Part shown: positions 8,631 to 19,411 of the stretch, one piece after another | Layout of the letters: each line of letters starts with the position of its first letter | How positions within the stretch are numbered: the first letter of the stretch is position 1 | NCBI GenBank assembly: GCA_041483895.1 | Contig: JBGPGO010000007.1 | Location: forward strand, 32,001 to 96,000 | Reading direction: 5' to 3' | DNA: 64,000 nt | Source: Fimbriimonadia bacterium | GTDB lineage: Bacteria > Armatimonadota > Fimbriimonadia > Fimbriimonadales > JABRVX01 | The notes under the pieces: generated by a model | The model's database searches: none | What the model was told of the DNA's origin: nothing | What the model saw: the letters and a program-made list of their open reading frames with translations, nothing else | Program-made: the position numbers and the translations under genes

Positions 8631-11600
8631 CTAAGGCTGTCTCTCAACTGCCTCTCGGATGGCGGGGACGAAATGCGCCCTGCAGGTGACCTCGACATCA
8701 GCTGCAATGACCGCGGTAACCCGGAGTTGCACCTTGCGGGGGCGCTCATCGGGACCAAGGACGAGGCGCCAGCCTTGCCACGGACTCGGAAAAGTCCATT
8801 GCCCGAGAATAGGAGCCAACCGGACCTCCGCGCCATCGACCGTGCCGGCGGCGGCAAAGAGATTGCCTACGTTTCCAACAGGGACAACCATCTCGTTCCG
8901 GTGCATTTCGACGGTCACGGCAACGATCCCACCGGCCTTTGTGGCCGGGACGGTGCACTCGACCAAAAGGGCACGCTTTGGCCGCTGCACTTTATCTTGA
9001 TCAACCGGCGGCGAAGGAGCCTTCTCAGGGGCAATGGGCTCAACGCGAACCGGCAAGTCGACGCTGGGCTCTGCAAACCGCTGGGACTGTTCATTTCTCG
9101 TGAACTCGCGTCCTAGCGAAGGCTTGCCGCCCGCTGGAACGAGTTCCAACAAAACGACCTCGAATGGGCTCAGCGCGATCTTTGGCGACTGGGTCGTCGA
9201 ACCCAGAAAAGCTTGTGTCGGGTACCACTGATATACTCCCGAAACGCCTTTGACAGCCGGCAACGGAAGCTCGACATTCTGCCATGTGCAGTTGTTCAGA
9301 GCCACGAAGGCGCGCGCTCCGTCGCTGCACAGATACCCGTAGGGCTCGTGCTTCCACGGATCGCCAAGAACCCGAACGGGATTGGCGAAGCACTTCGGGT
9401 TGGCCCGCATCAGTGCGGCAAAATCCGCGAACTGTTTGCGTTCGGGCTGGGTCATCCAGTCGCGGTCCGACCAGGGCTGAAGCAAGAGGCTGCCCCGGCA
9501 CATGTCCATGACCGTGCCCTCCTGCCAGCGCTCCTTGCCAATCGAGCTGTTAAAGCCCCAATTGGAGAGCCACACTCCAAGGGAGTCCTTTCCAAGCGGC
9601 GGGACATCCGCACAATAGGCTTGGGCCTGGTCCAGCACGAGCGTGACGCTGTCTCGTGCATAGAGCGACGGGCTGTCGCTGGGGCTGGCGGCCTCTATCC
9701 AGAACCCTGGCTCGAATAGCGTGTCGGCATGGAGCAGCCACCAGGGCGAGCGGTGTCCCCAATAGAGCATCAGCAGAGCTTCGGGGCACGCTTGGTCCAG
9801 TATGTCCAAGGTCTTGATGATGCTGTCGTTGATGGCCTCTGTGGAGTAGACGCCAGCCAGGTGACCGTGGTGTGGGTTGTAGCAGATCGGGCAGTTCCCG
9901 TCGAACTTGAGGACGCGGGCGCCGCTTTTCAAGTGACTTAGCGCCGCAGAACGAAGCATCTCTTCGTAGAGTCCTTCCGCCTCACAAAAGATCACCCGGT
10001 CGCCGAGGCCGTAGGATCGATCCGAGTTCAAGCTATCCGATGCAACAGGGTTGCCGGTGATGGACCACCAGTAGTTGGCGGTGTCCCACCACACGCCGTA
10101 GGGAATGCGATTCAGGGCCCTCTTTATCGGGGCAAAGCCGTTCGGAAAGCGCTTGGGGTCCGGGCGCTCCAGGTCGCCGTTTCGATCGATCCAGAGCTCG
10201 ATCATGAACGCGTCGAAGCAGCACCCGGTCTCCTTCTCCGATTCCTGCATCTTCGCGACAAGGTAGAGGTTATCGGCTTCCGTTCCGCCCCAGTAGTCGC
10301 CGCTGGGCCAGCTTCCGAACGTCTCGAAAATGGCGTAGGGCCTGTCATGCCCACGCACGACGCGGCGCATTCGAGACTTGACGTGGGCGAGGAACGCCTG
10401 TCTTGCCTTTCCCGCCGGCGCGACCCCTAAGACAGTCTCCATGCAGTCGAGCCTTTGGCCGGGGGATAGCGCTCTGCCCGGGTATTGGCGCAGGCGAACC
10501 GTTCCGTTCTCCCCCATCGCCCACCCCGAAGGGTGTGCCAGCGACGCGAAGAACTGGCCGTCCAAATACACCGGGAAGCCCTGATCGCCGTCCGAGACCT
10601 CGGCCGAAGTCACGTAGCGAGCGAGCCGAACGTTGAGTACGCGTCTTGTCGAGCGCCCCTTGTTCACGATGCTCACGAACTTGTGCAGGACGGGTTCCGC
10701 TATTTTCCAGCGGTAGATGACGGTGGCCCGCAGCGCCGGCTGCGCGCTTGACAGATGGACACGGCATTCGCCTGCCGCCCCTTGCGAGATTGTCTCGACC
10801 TTGACGACTTTCATCGAAGGCGTGATCGTGTGCTTCCCGATCAAGACGTATTGCTCGAACTGCGGAGGCCAGCAAAAACTGTTCTCCAGGCTGTGCAGCT
10901 TCATCGGATCAACCGCGTCGAGTTCCTTGGTGCGGGCCACGTACCCCGAAAGCTGCAGCGCGACGATATTCTCCCGGCCAAAGCGCAGGCACCTGTATCC
11001 GGCGCTCTTGGGGGTCAAGACGAATTGCCCGGGCTCGGGCCACCGCCCCTGCGTCCTCCTCACGGCGATCTCCTGGCCGTTCACGAAGACGCGCATGTAG
11101 CGATAGTCGAACAGCCCGAACCCGCCGAGAACCAGCGTGACAGCCTTGCCTTCGGCGTCGCGCGGCAGGAAAACGTGAGTCCGCGCCCAGCGGTATTCGT
11201 CGAACAGTCCAGACTCCTTCTGCGACGGCAGGAGAACGGTCGTTTGGCCGGACCAGCTGGTGTCGTCATGTTCCGGGAGGTATGCCTTGACTCCATAGCC
11301 ATGCTCCTCGTCGGGCCCGCAGGGTTTGTAGCCCGTGTCGATGATCCGCCAGCCGGTGATGGGAATGCGCCTATCCGAAGCGTCGAGGTCCAGTTGCAGC
11401 TCTGGGTTGTTTCCCAACGCCAGCTTCTTACCCGTCAGGCGGTTGATCCAGGCTGTTGCGCGAAGACCATGTGCGGTGTCGAGCTCAAAAACGAACGAAG
11501 GGGAGCGCATTTGTAAAGCGTTTCCATTGAGACCAACCTCGCACTTGGGCGATTCCTTCGCAGTGGCACCCGCATTCCTTGTCCTTGGACCGGTGGCCAA

Positions 11601-11666
11601 CCCCGGTGTCGCGAGAACCGCAACGAGAGCCAGCACTGATCCGACCTGTCCAAAACGTATCTGCAT
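8631..11666 (-). CDS. Secreted glycoside hydrolase-like protein (GH27/36-like barrel with sugar-binding insert)
   Basis: Signal peptide after MQIRF; PDPKRFPNGFAPI, YGVWW and ARVLKFDG motifs; GH2-like RVFVNGQEI module. Confidence 0.6.
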   Translation of the reverse strand: MQIRFGQVGSVLALVAVLATPGLATGPRTRNAGATAKESPKCEVGLNGNALQMRSPSFVFELDTAHGLRATAWINRLTGKKLALGNNPELQLDLDASDRRIPITGWRIIDTGYKPCGPDEEHGYGVKAYLPEHDDTSWSGQTTVLLPSQKESGLFDEYRWARTHVFLPRDAEGKAVTLVLGGFGLFDYRYMRVFVNGQEIAVRRTQGRWPEPGQFVLTPKSAGYRCLRFGRENIVALQLSGYVARTKELDAVDPMKLHSLENSFCWPPQFEQYVLIGKHTITPSMKVVKVETISQGAAGECRVHLSSAQPALRATVIYRWKIAEPVLHKFVSIVNKGRSTRRVLNVRLARYVTSAEVSDGDQGFPVYLDGQFFASLAHPSGWAMGENGTVRLRQYPGRALSPGQRLDCMETVLGVAPAGKARQAFLAHVKSRMRRVVRGHDRPYAIFETFGSWPSGDYWGGTEADNLYLVAKMQESEKETGCCFDAFMIELWIDRNGDLERPDPKRFPNGFAPIKRALNRIPYGVWWDTANYWWSITGNPVASDSLNSDRSYGLGDRVIFCEAEGLYEEMLRSAALSHLKSGARVLKFDGNCPICYNPHHGHLAGVYSTEAINDSIIKTLDILDQACPEALLMLYWGHRSPWWLLHADTLFEPGFWIEAASPSDSPSLYARDSVTLVLDQAQAYCADVPPLGKDSLGVWLSNWGFNSSIGKERWQEGTVMDMCRGSLLLQPWSDRDWMTQPERKQFADFAALMRANPKCFANPVRVLGDPWKHEPYGYLCSDGARAFVALNNCTWQNVELPLPAVKGVSGVYQWYPTQAFLGSTTQSPKIALSPFEVVLLELVPAGGKPSLGREFTRNEQSQRFAEPSVDLPVRVEPIAPEKAPSPPVDQDKVQRPKRALLVECTVPATKAGGIVAVTVEMHRNEMVVPVGNVGNLFAAAGTVDGAEVRLAPILGQWTFPSPWQGWRLVLGPDERPRKVQLRVTAVIAADVEVTCRAHFVPAIREAVERQP

Positions 11667-11971
11667 ATCAGCCAACGTTACCAGAATCCGGCGGTTGGCA
11701 TGTTCGAGGGTGGTCAAGCGCCCCCCTACGATGTCGTTGTTGCAGTTCCTGGCTCGCGAAGGCATTCAATCAATCGGTACCCGGTCGTTACCAGCAGCGT
11801 CGCGCTAGGAGCGATGGACGCATCGGCTCGTCAGATCATGTTCCTCCATTCCACATAAAGTGAACTTGTAGAGGCGGACCGCCACTAAGATTCGACCACA
11901 ACTCCCCGCCATCAAGAGGATGCATGACTCCGATAGAGAAGGGTGTTTCGTCTGATGAGGAGGATGACCGC

Positions 11972-14758
11972 TTGAGTTCGCTCCATTCGCGCACCATCGT
12001 TGCCTTTTTGGCTGTCTGCGCTTTCGGCCAATCCCTCACTCCGTATCGGGACATGCAAGATATGCCGAAGGCGCTCCGGGCGTACCCGGTTGCGATGCCA
12101 AGGGACATATCGTTTGAGGCGGTAGTAAAGAGCCAACCGTTTCCGGCGATGAAGTACCCGGTGCCGATCATCGGTTGGAAGGAGCATCCCGAGGAGGTGC
12201 ATGTGACGCCGAACGGGGCCCTAGTCTTTCCTCGTCCGGGAGTCCCACGAGGTCTGTACCTGACTCCATTTCTCGGCGACGCACCGTTTTCGTTGGAGAA
12301 GGTGAATCGGCACCTTGTTGACGGCTACATGCCAGGCATCGAGAGTGAGTGGTCGGTCAGTGATCTTCGCGTGCGGCAGCTTGCCTTTTGCACGTTGCTC
12401 GGCAGTGACACAGTGAAGACCGGACGGGAGCCGTTGGTCGCGTTCACTCGCTATCGTGTCGAAAATCCATCCAAGAAGAGCCGCACGGTACGACTTTGGC
12501 TGAATTTTGGGGAAGCGGTCATGGGGCAAAGCATGGCCTCGGTACCACCGCCCTATCTGCGAACCCTTCGCTTCCAGAGACCGTTTGTGATGGAGCCCGA
12601 AGATACGGTTGCCGCCTGTGTTTTATCTCATGGCAGGGTCGGTTTCCGTCCCCTCTCGCTACCAACCCGGACTGATGACTCTCGTTACACGACCATCAAT
12701 GTACATGGCGAAGCCATGGGGCCGGACGTGCCCATCGACGTCGTGCGCGAGGGAGGTGCGGTGCGAGTAGGCAGGTGGAGATCGGAGCGCGGCTTCGATG
12801 TCCACATGGAGGCGTCCATGGGCCACAGCGTGCCGGTCGCGGCCGAAGTGGACATCGTATCGCCAGGTGGTGAGATGATCCATCTTGGCACCCTGTATCG
12901 CGGCGGGCTGTCCGAGACCAAGCGGGGCGAATTCATCAAAGCGGGTGAGCACTCTGCACCCATTCCGTGGTCCCTGCTTGCGTCCGTGTTGCCCCAGGGT
13001 CCCAGCAAAATCGTGGTCCGAGGCAGGTATCCGGTGGGTAACGCGGTCGCGCCAGTCGGATCGTGGGAATCAACATTCTATGTGACCGAGCCGGGAGTTC
13101 CGCCAAATTTCAAGCGACCCCTTCGCGGTGATAAGACAGAAAACAGCCTATTTGTCGATCTGCCTCTTCCGCCAAGCGGGTCAGCCACTGTGGACATCGC
13201 CATCCCGTACTTTCCGCTTGCCCGATCTGCCGCAGCCAAACTCGCTAGCCTCAATCTCGATCATGAACTGAGGCGCTTCCGACGTTATTGGGAGAAGGAA
13301 CTCAACCGAAACGCTGAGTTCATCGTGCCCGAAAAGCGAATACGTGACTCCGTTCGCGCCTGCCTTGCGAACAATCTCATACTGACGGATCACGATCCCA
13401 AGACCGGCCTCCTTTTGATGCATCCGGATGCAACCGCTTACGAAAGTGTCTGGGCCGGTGACAGCGGAGTCATCCTGCAGGCAATGGACCGAATGGGCTA
13501 TCACGCAGAGGCGGCGAGTTGGGCGCGGTTCTTTCTCCGCTACCAGGGCACGCGCAGGCCGGACGGGGCATCGAAGAGCGTCGACGGTTTCTACACCGGG
13601 AACGCCGGACCCCGATGGATGTGTGAGAACGGCTTCATCCTCTGGGCTCTTTCGGAACACTACAAACTAACCCGTGACGCACGGTGGCTTCGAACGGTTG
13701 CGCCGAGCATGATAAAGGGATGCGACTGGATTGTTCGCGAGCGGGCCGCCACCAAAGGCGATCCGGATGCCCGCCACTACGGGTTGTTGCCGAAAGGTGC
13801 GCCATCCGATATCGGGGTTTGGGACTATTGGTACTGGACGGACACCTACTCCTACATGGGCTTGCGCGGTGCGGCGGATGCGCTCGCTGATATCGGGATG
13901 GCTTCTGAAGCGAATCGGTTGAGAACGGAGGCCGAAGACTATAAGACGTGCATACGGCGTTCCGTCGAACGGTCCATCGTTAGGGAGGTCTCCCCGCCAT
14001 TTATCCCACCCAGTCCGTACACGAATCAGCCGCCAACCTTCGACCGTCTGGCGTCGTGGTGGTACTCCATCTGCAGCCCCATCTACATGGTGGAAGCAGG
14101 CCTCCTCAGCAAGTCCGAACCGTGGACGGCGGACATCGAGTATTGGCTGGAACGATACGGGTTGTATTCCGGACTGTGCGCGTTTGGCGGCGGATTGGTA
14201 GACCCACATTACGTGTACAACCAATCGCTGGTTCAACTGCTTCGCGGCGAGACGGACAAGTTCCTCTGGACGTTCTACAGCCTCTTCGCCTATGGCCAGT
14301 CGAGGGACACCTACGCAACCATTGAAGGAATGAACCTCTTGACCGGCTCCAACGGCGATGATTGGGCGGCCAACCGCCAGCCGCACATGCACTCGAACAG
14401 CCGGGTGCTGGACATGGTTCGAATCGCGCTTGTTTTGGAGGAAGGGGACATGCTGCATCTGATGGCGGGGACCCCAAGGGCATGGCAGGCTTCAGGAAAA
14501 GTGATCGAGGTGCGAAAAGCCCCGACCTACTTTGGTGACGTGGGCTTCAGAAGCGTGTCGTACGGCAAACGGGTCCGTGTGACGATCCAGCCGCCCACCC
14601 TTCGCGCGGCGAAACTGGTCGTTCATATTCGGCCACCTTCCACGGTTGGACCAATCCGTTCCGTCACAGTAAACGGAAGGCCATGGAAGCAGTTCCAAGA
14701 CGAAAAAGTGATGCTTGGTGCGCGGCGCTCTAAAACCACCGTCGTATGCAGATTCTAG
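11972..14758 (+). CDS. Secreted six-hairpin (alpha/alpha)6 glycosidase-like protein
   Basis: TTG start after GAGGAGG; signal peptide; YESVWAGDS, LWALSEHYKLTRD and LHLMAGTPRAW..APTYFG motifs. Confidence 0.6.
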   Translation: MSSLHSRTIVAFLAVCAFGQSLTPYRDMQDMPKALRAYPVAMPRDISFEAVVKSQPFPAMKYPVPIIGWKEHPEEVHVTPNGALVFPRPGVPRGLYLTPFLGDAPFSLEKVNRHLVDGYMPGIESEWSVSDLRVRQLAFCTLLGSDTVKTGREPLVAFTRYRVENPSKKSRTVRLWLNFGEAVMGQSMASVPPPYLRTLRFQRPFVMEPEDTVAACVLSHGRVGFRPLSLPTRTDDSRYTTINVHGEAMGPDVPIDVVREGGAVRVGRWRSERGFDVHMEASMGHSVPVAAEVDIVSPGGEMIHLGTLYRGGLSETKRGEFIKAGEHSAPIPWSLLASVLPQGPSKIVVRGRYPVGNAVAPVGSWESTFYVTEPGVPPNFKRPLRGDKTENSLFVDLPLPPSGSATVDIAIPYFPLARSAAAKLASLNLDHELRRFRRYWEKELNRNAEFIVPEKRIRDSVRACLANNLILTDHDPKTGLLLMHPDATAYESVWAGDSGVILQAMDRMGYHAEAASWARFFLRYQGTRRPDGASKSVDGFYTGNAGPRWMCENGFILWALSEHYKLTRDARWLRTVAPSMIKGCDWIVRERAATKGDPDARHYGLLPKGAPSDIGVWDYWYWTDTYSYMGLRGAADALADIGMASEANRLRTEAEDYKTCIRRSVERSIVREVSPPFIPPSPYTNQPPTFDRLASWWYSICSPIYMVEAGLLSKSEPWTADIEYWLERYGLYSGLCAFGGGLVDPHYVYNQSLVQLLRGETDKFLWTFYSLFAYGQSRDTYATIEGMNLLTGSNGDDWAANRQPHMHSNSRVLDMVRIALVLEEGDMLHLMAGTPRAWQASGKVIEVRKAPTYFGDVGFRSVSYGKRVRVTIQPPTLRAAKLVVHIRPPSTVGPIRSVTVNGRPWKQFQDEKVMLGARRSKTTVVCRF

Positions 14759-15573
14759 CCTTTCAGCGCCCCTGCCACCATGCTCTCATAGATTCGATCG
14801 CGCAGGATCCAGTAGATGATGAGAATCGGCGCCATCACGATGGCAAGCCCGGCAAACAGCGCTCCCCAATCGCTTTGGTAGTGCTCCACCATGACCAGGT
14901 TCGCGATGCCAAGTGGCAAGGTGCGATTTTCTTCACTCACAATCAAGACGAGAGCGAGTGGGTACTCGTTCCAAAGTCCAATGGCGTTGAATACCGCCAC
15001 TACCAAGAGGCCGGGCCTGGCGAGGGGGAGCATTACACGCCAGAACACCGTGGCATGTCCGCCGCCATCGATCATCGCTGCCTCCCCCAATTCCGCCGGC
15101 AGCGAATGGAAGAAGCCGGTAAGAACGAAGATGGTAAACGGCAAAGAGTAGGCTACGTAGACAAGCACCAGGCCTGGAAGCGAATCAAGCAAACCGAGCG
15201 TGTTCATCAGAAAGAACAGCGGCACAATCGCAAGGAATATCGGGAACATCATGCCACCGAGAAAACCGGTGAACAGCCAACTACTGCCGGGGAACGGGTA
15301 CCGTGCGAAGACGTAGGCCGCCATTGCGCCGCATGGTAGGAGAATAGTCAGCGTTGCGAGCGTGACGAAGACGCTGTTGAGGAAGTAGCGGGCAATGCCG
15401 GCCTCCTCCCACGAGCGAACGTAGTTGGACCATTGTGGCGACTTTGGGATTCCCCAAGGCGAGGCGAAGATTTCCGGCGAAGTTTTCAGCGACGTGACCA
15501 ACACCCACAAAAGCGGAATAACAACAGAGAGCGCAAATAGGAATAGGAGGAATTTCGTTATAGTGCGGATCAC
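14755..15573 (-). CDS. Carbohydrate ABC transporter permease (MalG-like)
   Basis: EAA loop LPAELGEAAMIDGG; WNEY..TLPLG. Confidence 0.95.
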   Translation of the reverse strand: MIRTITKFLLFLFALSVVIPLLWVLVTSLKTSPEIFASPWGIPKSPQWSNYVRSWEEAGIARYFLNSVFVTLATLTILLPCGAMAAYVFARYPFPGSSWLFTGFLGGMMFPIFLAIVPLFFLMNTLGLLDSLPGLVLVYVAYSLPFTIFVLTGFFHSLPAELGEAAMIDGGGHATVFWRVMLPLARPGLLVVAVFNAIGLWNEYPLALVLIVSEENRTLPLGIANLVMVEHYQSDWGALFAGLAIVMAPILIIYWILRDRIYESMVAGALKG

Positions 15574-16461
15574 TTACGTCCTCGCGCCTTGCGGATCGCG
15601 GCGGAAGGCGGCGACCACCATCCCACTAAGCAGCAGCACGACAACCAGGTTTGCCACAGCCAGGGCGGTCGCGAATCCAAAATCACTATTCTTGAACGCC
15701 TGCTCATAGAGATACGTCAGCATCACTTCAGTGTGGCGATCGGGTCCGCCTTGCGTCATGAGAAAGACAAGGGCGAAGATATTGAGCGCATTGATCACAA
15801 GGTAGATCATAGCTACTCGCAATACAGCCCAAAGCATGGGCAGCGTCACTCGCCAGAGCAGAGCAAGGCCATGTGCACCGTCTAGCGTTGCCGCTTCCCG
15901 CACCTCATCCGGGATGGTCTGCAGACCCGCAGAAAACAACATAATGTAGAAGCCAAGAGCATGCCAAACAAACGCGACTCCGACCGCAGGCAGCGCCGTA
16001 CCCGATGTTCCCAACCAGGGGACCGCCAGCTTTTCAAGTCCGACGTTGCGCAGTGTCGCGTTCATGATGCCAAAGGATGGGTTGAAAATGAACATCCATA
16101 GAATTGCGACGACGACCAGTGGCGTGACTTGTGGAAAGAGATATACTCCGCGCAGAACCCGAGCCGACCGGCTGTTGCCTCGAACGCCATGTGCGATGGC
16201 AAGGGAGAGAACGAGAATTATGCCGCCCGCGCCTATCAGCAGAGCAAGGTTGTGGGCAAGCGATTGCCAGAACACCGGATCTCCGAAGAGGCGCGAGAAA
16301 TTGTCGAACCCGACGAAAACTCGAACTTGAGAAACGCCTCTCCAACGATAGAGGGACATGAGGAAGGCTTGCGCAACGGGCCAAATGACAAAGAGAAGAT
16401 AAAGTGCTGTCGCAGGGAGAAGAAAAGTAACTATGAACCCGAAACGTCGGCGTTTAGTCAC
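15574..16461 (-). CDS. Carbohydrate ABC transporter permease (MalF-like)
   Basis: IPDEVREAATLDGA and MTQGGP motifs; GTG start overlaps the binding-protein stop. Confidence 0.95.
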   Translation of the reverse strand: MTKRRRFGFIVTFLLPATALYLLFVIWPVAQAFLMSLYRWRGVSQVRVFVGFDNFSRLFGDPVFWQSLAHNLALLIGAGGIILVLSLAIAHGVRGNSRSARVLRGVYLFPQVTPLVVVAILWMFIFNPSFGIMNATLRNVGLEKLAVPWLGTSGTALPAVGVAFVWHALGFYIMLFSAGLQTIPDEVREAATLDGAHGLALLWRVTLPMLWAVLRVAMIYLVINALNIFALVFLMTQGGPDRHTEVMLTYLYEQAFKNSDFGFATALAVANLVVVLLLSGMVVAAFRRDPQGART

Positions 16462-17773
16462 GCACAACCCGATGCTTGGGGATGCTTGCGTCTTGCCGCA
16501 CTTTCTCGGCGGCATCCTCCGCGCGCCGCACAAACTGCTCCGGTGTGGCTTCACCGTTGAGCAGTGCGGTCATCGCGTTTTCCAGTGCCTTGCCGACCGA
16601 CGGATACCATTGTGTGAACTGGATTGACCATACTGCCTTTGAGTTGCGAAACGCGGCAGCGGCCCCTGTAAGGTAGGAAGGAATGTTCGTTTGATCGCTG
16701 CCCCGAACGGACATCAGCGTGCCCTTTTCGGACACAAACTGCTTCGCCTTTTCCGGCGTTGTAAGGTATTTATAAAAATCGATCGCGATGTCCCGATGTT
16801 TTCCCTTTGACGGCACGACCCACGGTTCGATGCCGATGCAGATCGCGGTTGGATCGCCGGTTCCTCCCGCGACGATCGGGGGTGGCATATACTGCATTTC
16901 GAATCGGGGTGGCAGTTGCTTGCTCATCTCTGAGTGTAGCCATGTGCCGCAGGGAATCATTGCCGCGCGCCCGCCGACAAATTCCATCTGCGCTTCAGTG
17001 TGGCTCATCCCAACGGCGCCCTCTTGGAAGAATCCCCGGTCCCGCAACTGCTTGATCATCTTAGCAGCCTGCAAGAATGCCTGAGACTTCCAAGCGCCGG
17101 GTCGCAGCTCCTGTGCCGCGTTGAATGCTTCGACACCGCCGATGCTGATCGCCCAAGGATACAGGAGGCCGGTGAGAACGTATTGCGGATACTTGCCCTG
17201 GAAAGTGATTGGCGCGATGCCCGCGGCCTTGATCTTGTCGCAAAGCGCCAGCAGCTCTTCGAACGTCTTTGGCGCGCTCCAACCGTGGTCCGCAAACAGC
17301 TTTGGGTTGTACCACCAACCCATAACGTTGAAAAAGTATGGGAGCATGTATCGCTTACCATCGTACTGGCCCATCGTCATGAGAGATGGTTCGAACGCAT
17401 CGATCCACTTTCCCTTACCGTCGTACGCAGGCGTGGCGAGGTACTCATCGAGAGGGATCACTTGGTCTTCGTAAATCAGGGACCAATAGTCCATGTCCCA
17501 GCCCGGCCAGGTGAGATCCGGTGGGGTTCCGGCGACAAATCGTGGACGGAGCTGCTCCCAGATCCTGGGGTTGCCCCAGACGCGCAACTTGACGTTTGGG
17601 TGCTTTGACTCATACTCGCGCGCAGCCGTTTCGAAGAAGTCGATCCCGTAGCCGCCTTGAAAGAGCGCAACCTCAACATCCGCGCCGGATCCGGATCTGG
17701 CTTGCTTCTCACTGCAGCCGGCAAGGCAAAGGCAGGCAAGGACAGTGGCGAGCAATCGGCATTGTTTGGTCAC
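16454..17773 (-). CDS. Extracellular sugar-binding lipoprotein (SBP family 1, NgcE/GlcNAc-type like)
   Basis: Lipobox LAGC; FQGGYGIDFF, GTPPDL and AAMIPCGTW motifs; precedes two permeases. Confidence 0.9.
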   Translation of the reverse strand: MTKQCRLLATVLACLCLAGCSEKQARSGSGADVEVALFQGGYGIDFFETAAREYESKHPNVKLRVWGNPRIWEQLRPRFVAGTPPDLTWPGWDMDYWSLIYEDQVIPLDEYLATPAYDGKGKWIDAFEPSLMTMGQYDGKRYMLPYFFNVMGWWYNPKLFADHGWSAPKTFEELLALCDKIKAAGIAPITFQGKYPQYVLTGLLYPWAISIGGVEAFNAAQELRPGAWKSQAFLQAAKMIKQLRDRGFFQEGAVGMSHTEAQMEFVGGRAAMIPCGTWLHSEMSKQLPPRFEMQYMPPPIVAGGTGDPTAICIGIEPWVVPSKGKHRDIAIDFYKYLTTPEKAKQFVSEKGTLMSVRGSDQTNIPSYLTGAAAAFRNSKAVWSIQFTQWYPSVGKALENAMTALLNGEATPEQFVRRAEDAAEKVRQDASIPKHRVVRD

Positions 17774-17959
17774 AGGGCAGCTTTCGGCATATGCAGAAGC
17801 AGGTCCTGCGTCCGGTGCATGCTCCAAATATTGGCCCTCGATGGGAGCTTTGCAATCAGATTGGTCGCACTGCGGTGTGTGTCGCGGGTTGGTCCGGTCC
17901 AGAGAGGGCGCGACAGACTTTGGAGCACATGGAATGCGTGGCTCAGCGGTTTGGGTCAG

Positions 17960-18265
17960 CTTCCGGGCAGTGGCGACGGTCTGTTTTCGTTGCCCGCGCC
18001 TGTCGGGGTGTTGGACTTGTCGGTGAACGGGACGCATTGGCTGCGGCGGACCGTTGGCGAGTTCAACACGACCGGCGGCAACGCGAGCATGGGAACTGTA
18101 CCGCTGATCAACGGCGACGCACACGAAGACAGCATCGTCGATCTGTTCGACTTGGTCCTGATCCTCCTCGACTTCGCCACCGCCGGCCCAACCGGCGACG
18201 GAAGCGTCGACCTGTACGAACTTTCCATCGTTCTCGCCAACTTCAGCATGATCGACGAACCGTAG
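17960..18265 (+). pseudogene. Orphan C-terminal dockerin-like/EF-hand domain of a secreted protein
   Basis: GTHWLRR..LINGDAHEDSIVDLFDL..GDGSVDLYEL..NF matches the C-terminus of 45741-47042; no credible N-terminal part. Confidence 0.65.
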
Positions 18266-18313
18266 CGTTCCTGAGAGCGGTACCGTTGGCTGGATGACGA
18301 CATTGATGCGGCA

Positions 18314-19249
18314 TCACGCCAGCTCGGACAGCAGTCGGCTCGTCCTGCCCGGCAGGTGTTCCCGTGCATCGTCGTAGATCATCAGCGTCTCCAGTTTGGA
18401 ATGGCGGCTGAGCTTCTGCGCGCCGCGCACGTCGCCGTTGGTGGCGTGGAGGTAGGCGGTGATGCTGGTGTGCCGCCACTTGTGCGGACTGAAGTTCTGG
18501 ATGCCGGCCTTCTTGGCATAGTGCTTTACCATGAACGCAAGGCCGACGCCGGTGATGCCGGATGGCTGGCCGGCGCAAGAGAGGAACAGTTCCGGTCGGC
18601 TATCGTTCCGACATGCGAGGTAGTCGCCGATCGCTTCTATGGCCTTATCGCTCAGTGTCATCAGCACCTTCTGAGTCCCTTTGCCTTTGCCACGGACGGC
18701 TAGCGTCTTCGCATCCGGATCGAAGTCGGCCTTCGTCAGATTGCAGATCTCCTGCCTGCGAAGCGCCAGTTCCCAGAACAACCGGAGGATCGCCGCATCG
18801 CGCTTCCCCTTGACGGTAAAGGTGTTCGGCAGCATGAGCATCGCGGCCGCAGCGTCCTTGTCCACGCCCCTGGTGTCTCGATACTGCATTGTCTTCTCGC
18901 CCGGCACCAGTCCCTGCGGATTGACTTCCGTCAGCCCAAGCTGCCGCGCAACGCTCAGAAGCGAGCGGATGGCCGTTAGCCGACGATTGAGGGTCACCTC
19001 CGCCACGCCTTGCTCGATCTGCTGCATCTTGAAGGTGAGCATCGCCCGAACGACGCCGGTCGTCTCAAGCTTGAAGAACGCTCCGATTGTCTGCGGCGTT
19101 GGCTCGCTCCTGGCCACGACCCGGAAGAACAGCCCTAGATCCCGCTGGTAGGCCAGCCTCGTGACTTCGCTCCGCTTGGACTTCAGAAGGAACTCCAGTG
19201 CATCCGGCGCCACCGGACTCGGTTCTGTAAGTTTGAGTTCAATTGCCAT
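18314..19249 (-). CDS. XerC-like tyrosine recombinase, copy 1
   Basis: LRRQE (R), GKGK, HKWRH, SRH and IYDD (Y); near-identical to 34568-35515. Confidence 0.93.
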   Translation of the reverse strand: MAIELKLTEPSPVAPDALEFLLKSKRSEVTRLAYQRDLGLFFRVVARSEPTPQTIGAFFKLETTGVVRAMLTFKMQQIEQGVAEVTLNRRLTAIRSLLSVARQLGLTEVNPQGLVPGEKTMQYRDTRGVDKDAAAAMLMLPNTFTVKGKRDAAILRLFWELALRRQEICNLTKADFDPDAKTLAVRGKGKGTQKVLMTLSDKAIEAIGDYLACRNDSRPELFLSCAGQPSGITGVGLAFMVKHYAKKAGIQNFSPHKWRHTSITAYLHATNGDVRGAQKLSRHSKLETLMIYDDAREHLPGRTSRLLSELA

Positions 19250-19265
19250 GGTCCTTGCCTCCTTT

Positions 19266-19293
19266 GGTATCGAAAAGGGCCATTATCGATACC
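19266..19293 (-). repeat. 28-bp recombination-site-like palindrome S1
   Basis: GGTATCGAAAA-GGGCCA-TTATCGATACC; exact reverse complement of S5; 16 nt upstream of recombinase 1 ATG. Confidence 0.85.
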
Positions 19294-19411
19294 AACACCA
19301 CATGTACTCGAGGGCTCCCACAGAAGTCCAGGCCGCGTGTAAGTGTCGATAGAAGTAAGTCGGTCGGCACGGATCGGGGGCATCCGGGGAATCCTACGCA
19401 ACAGAATGACG

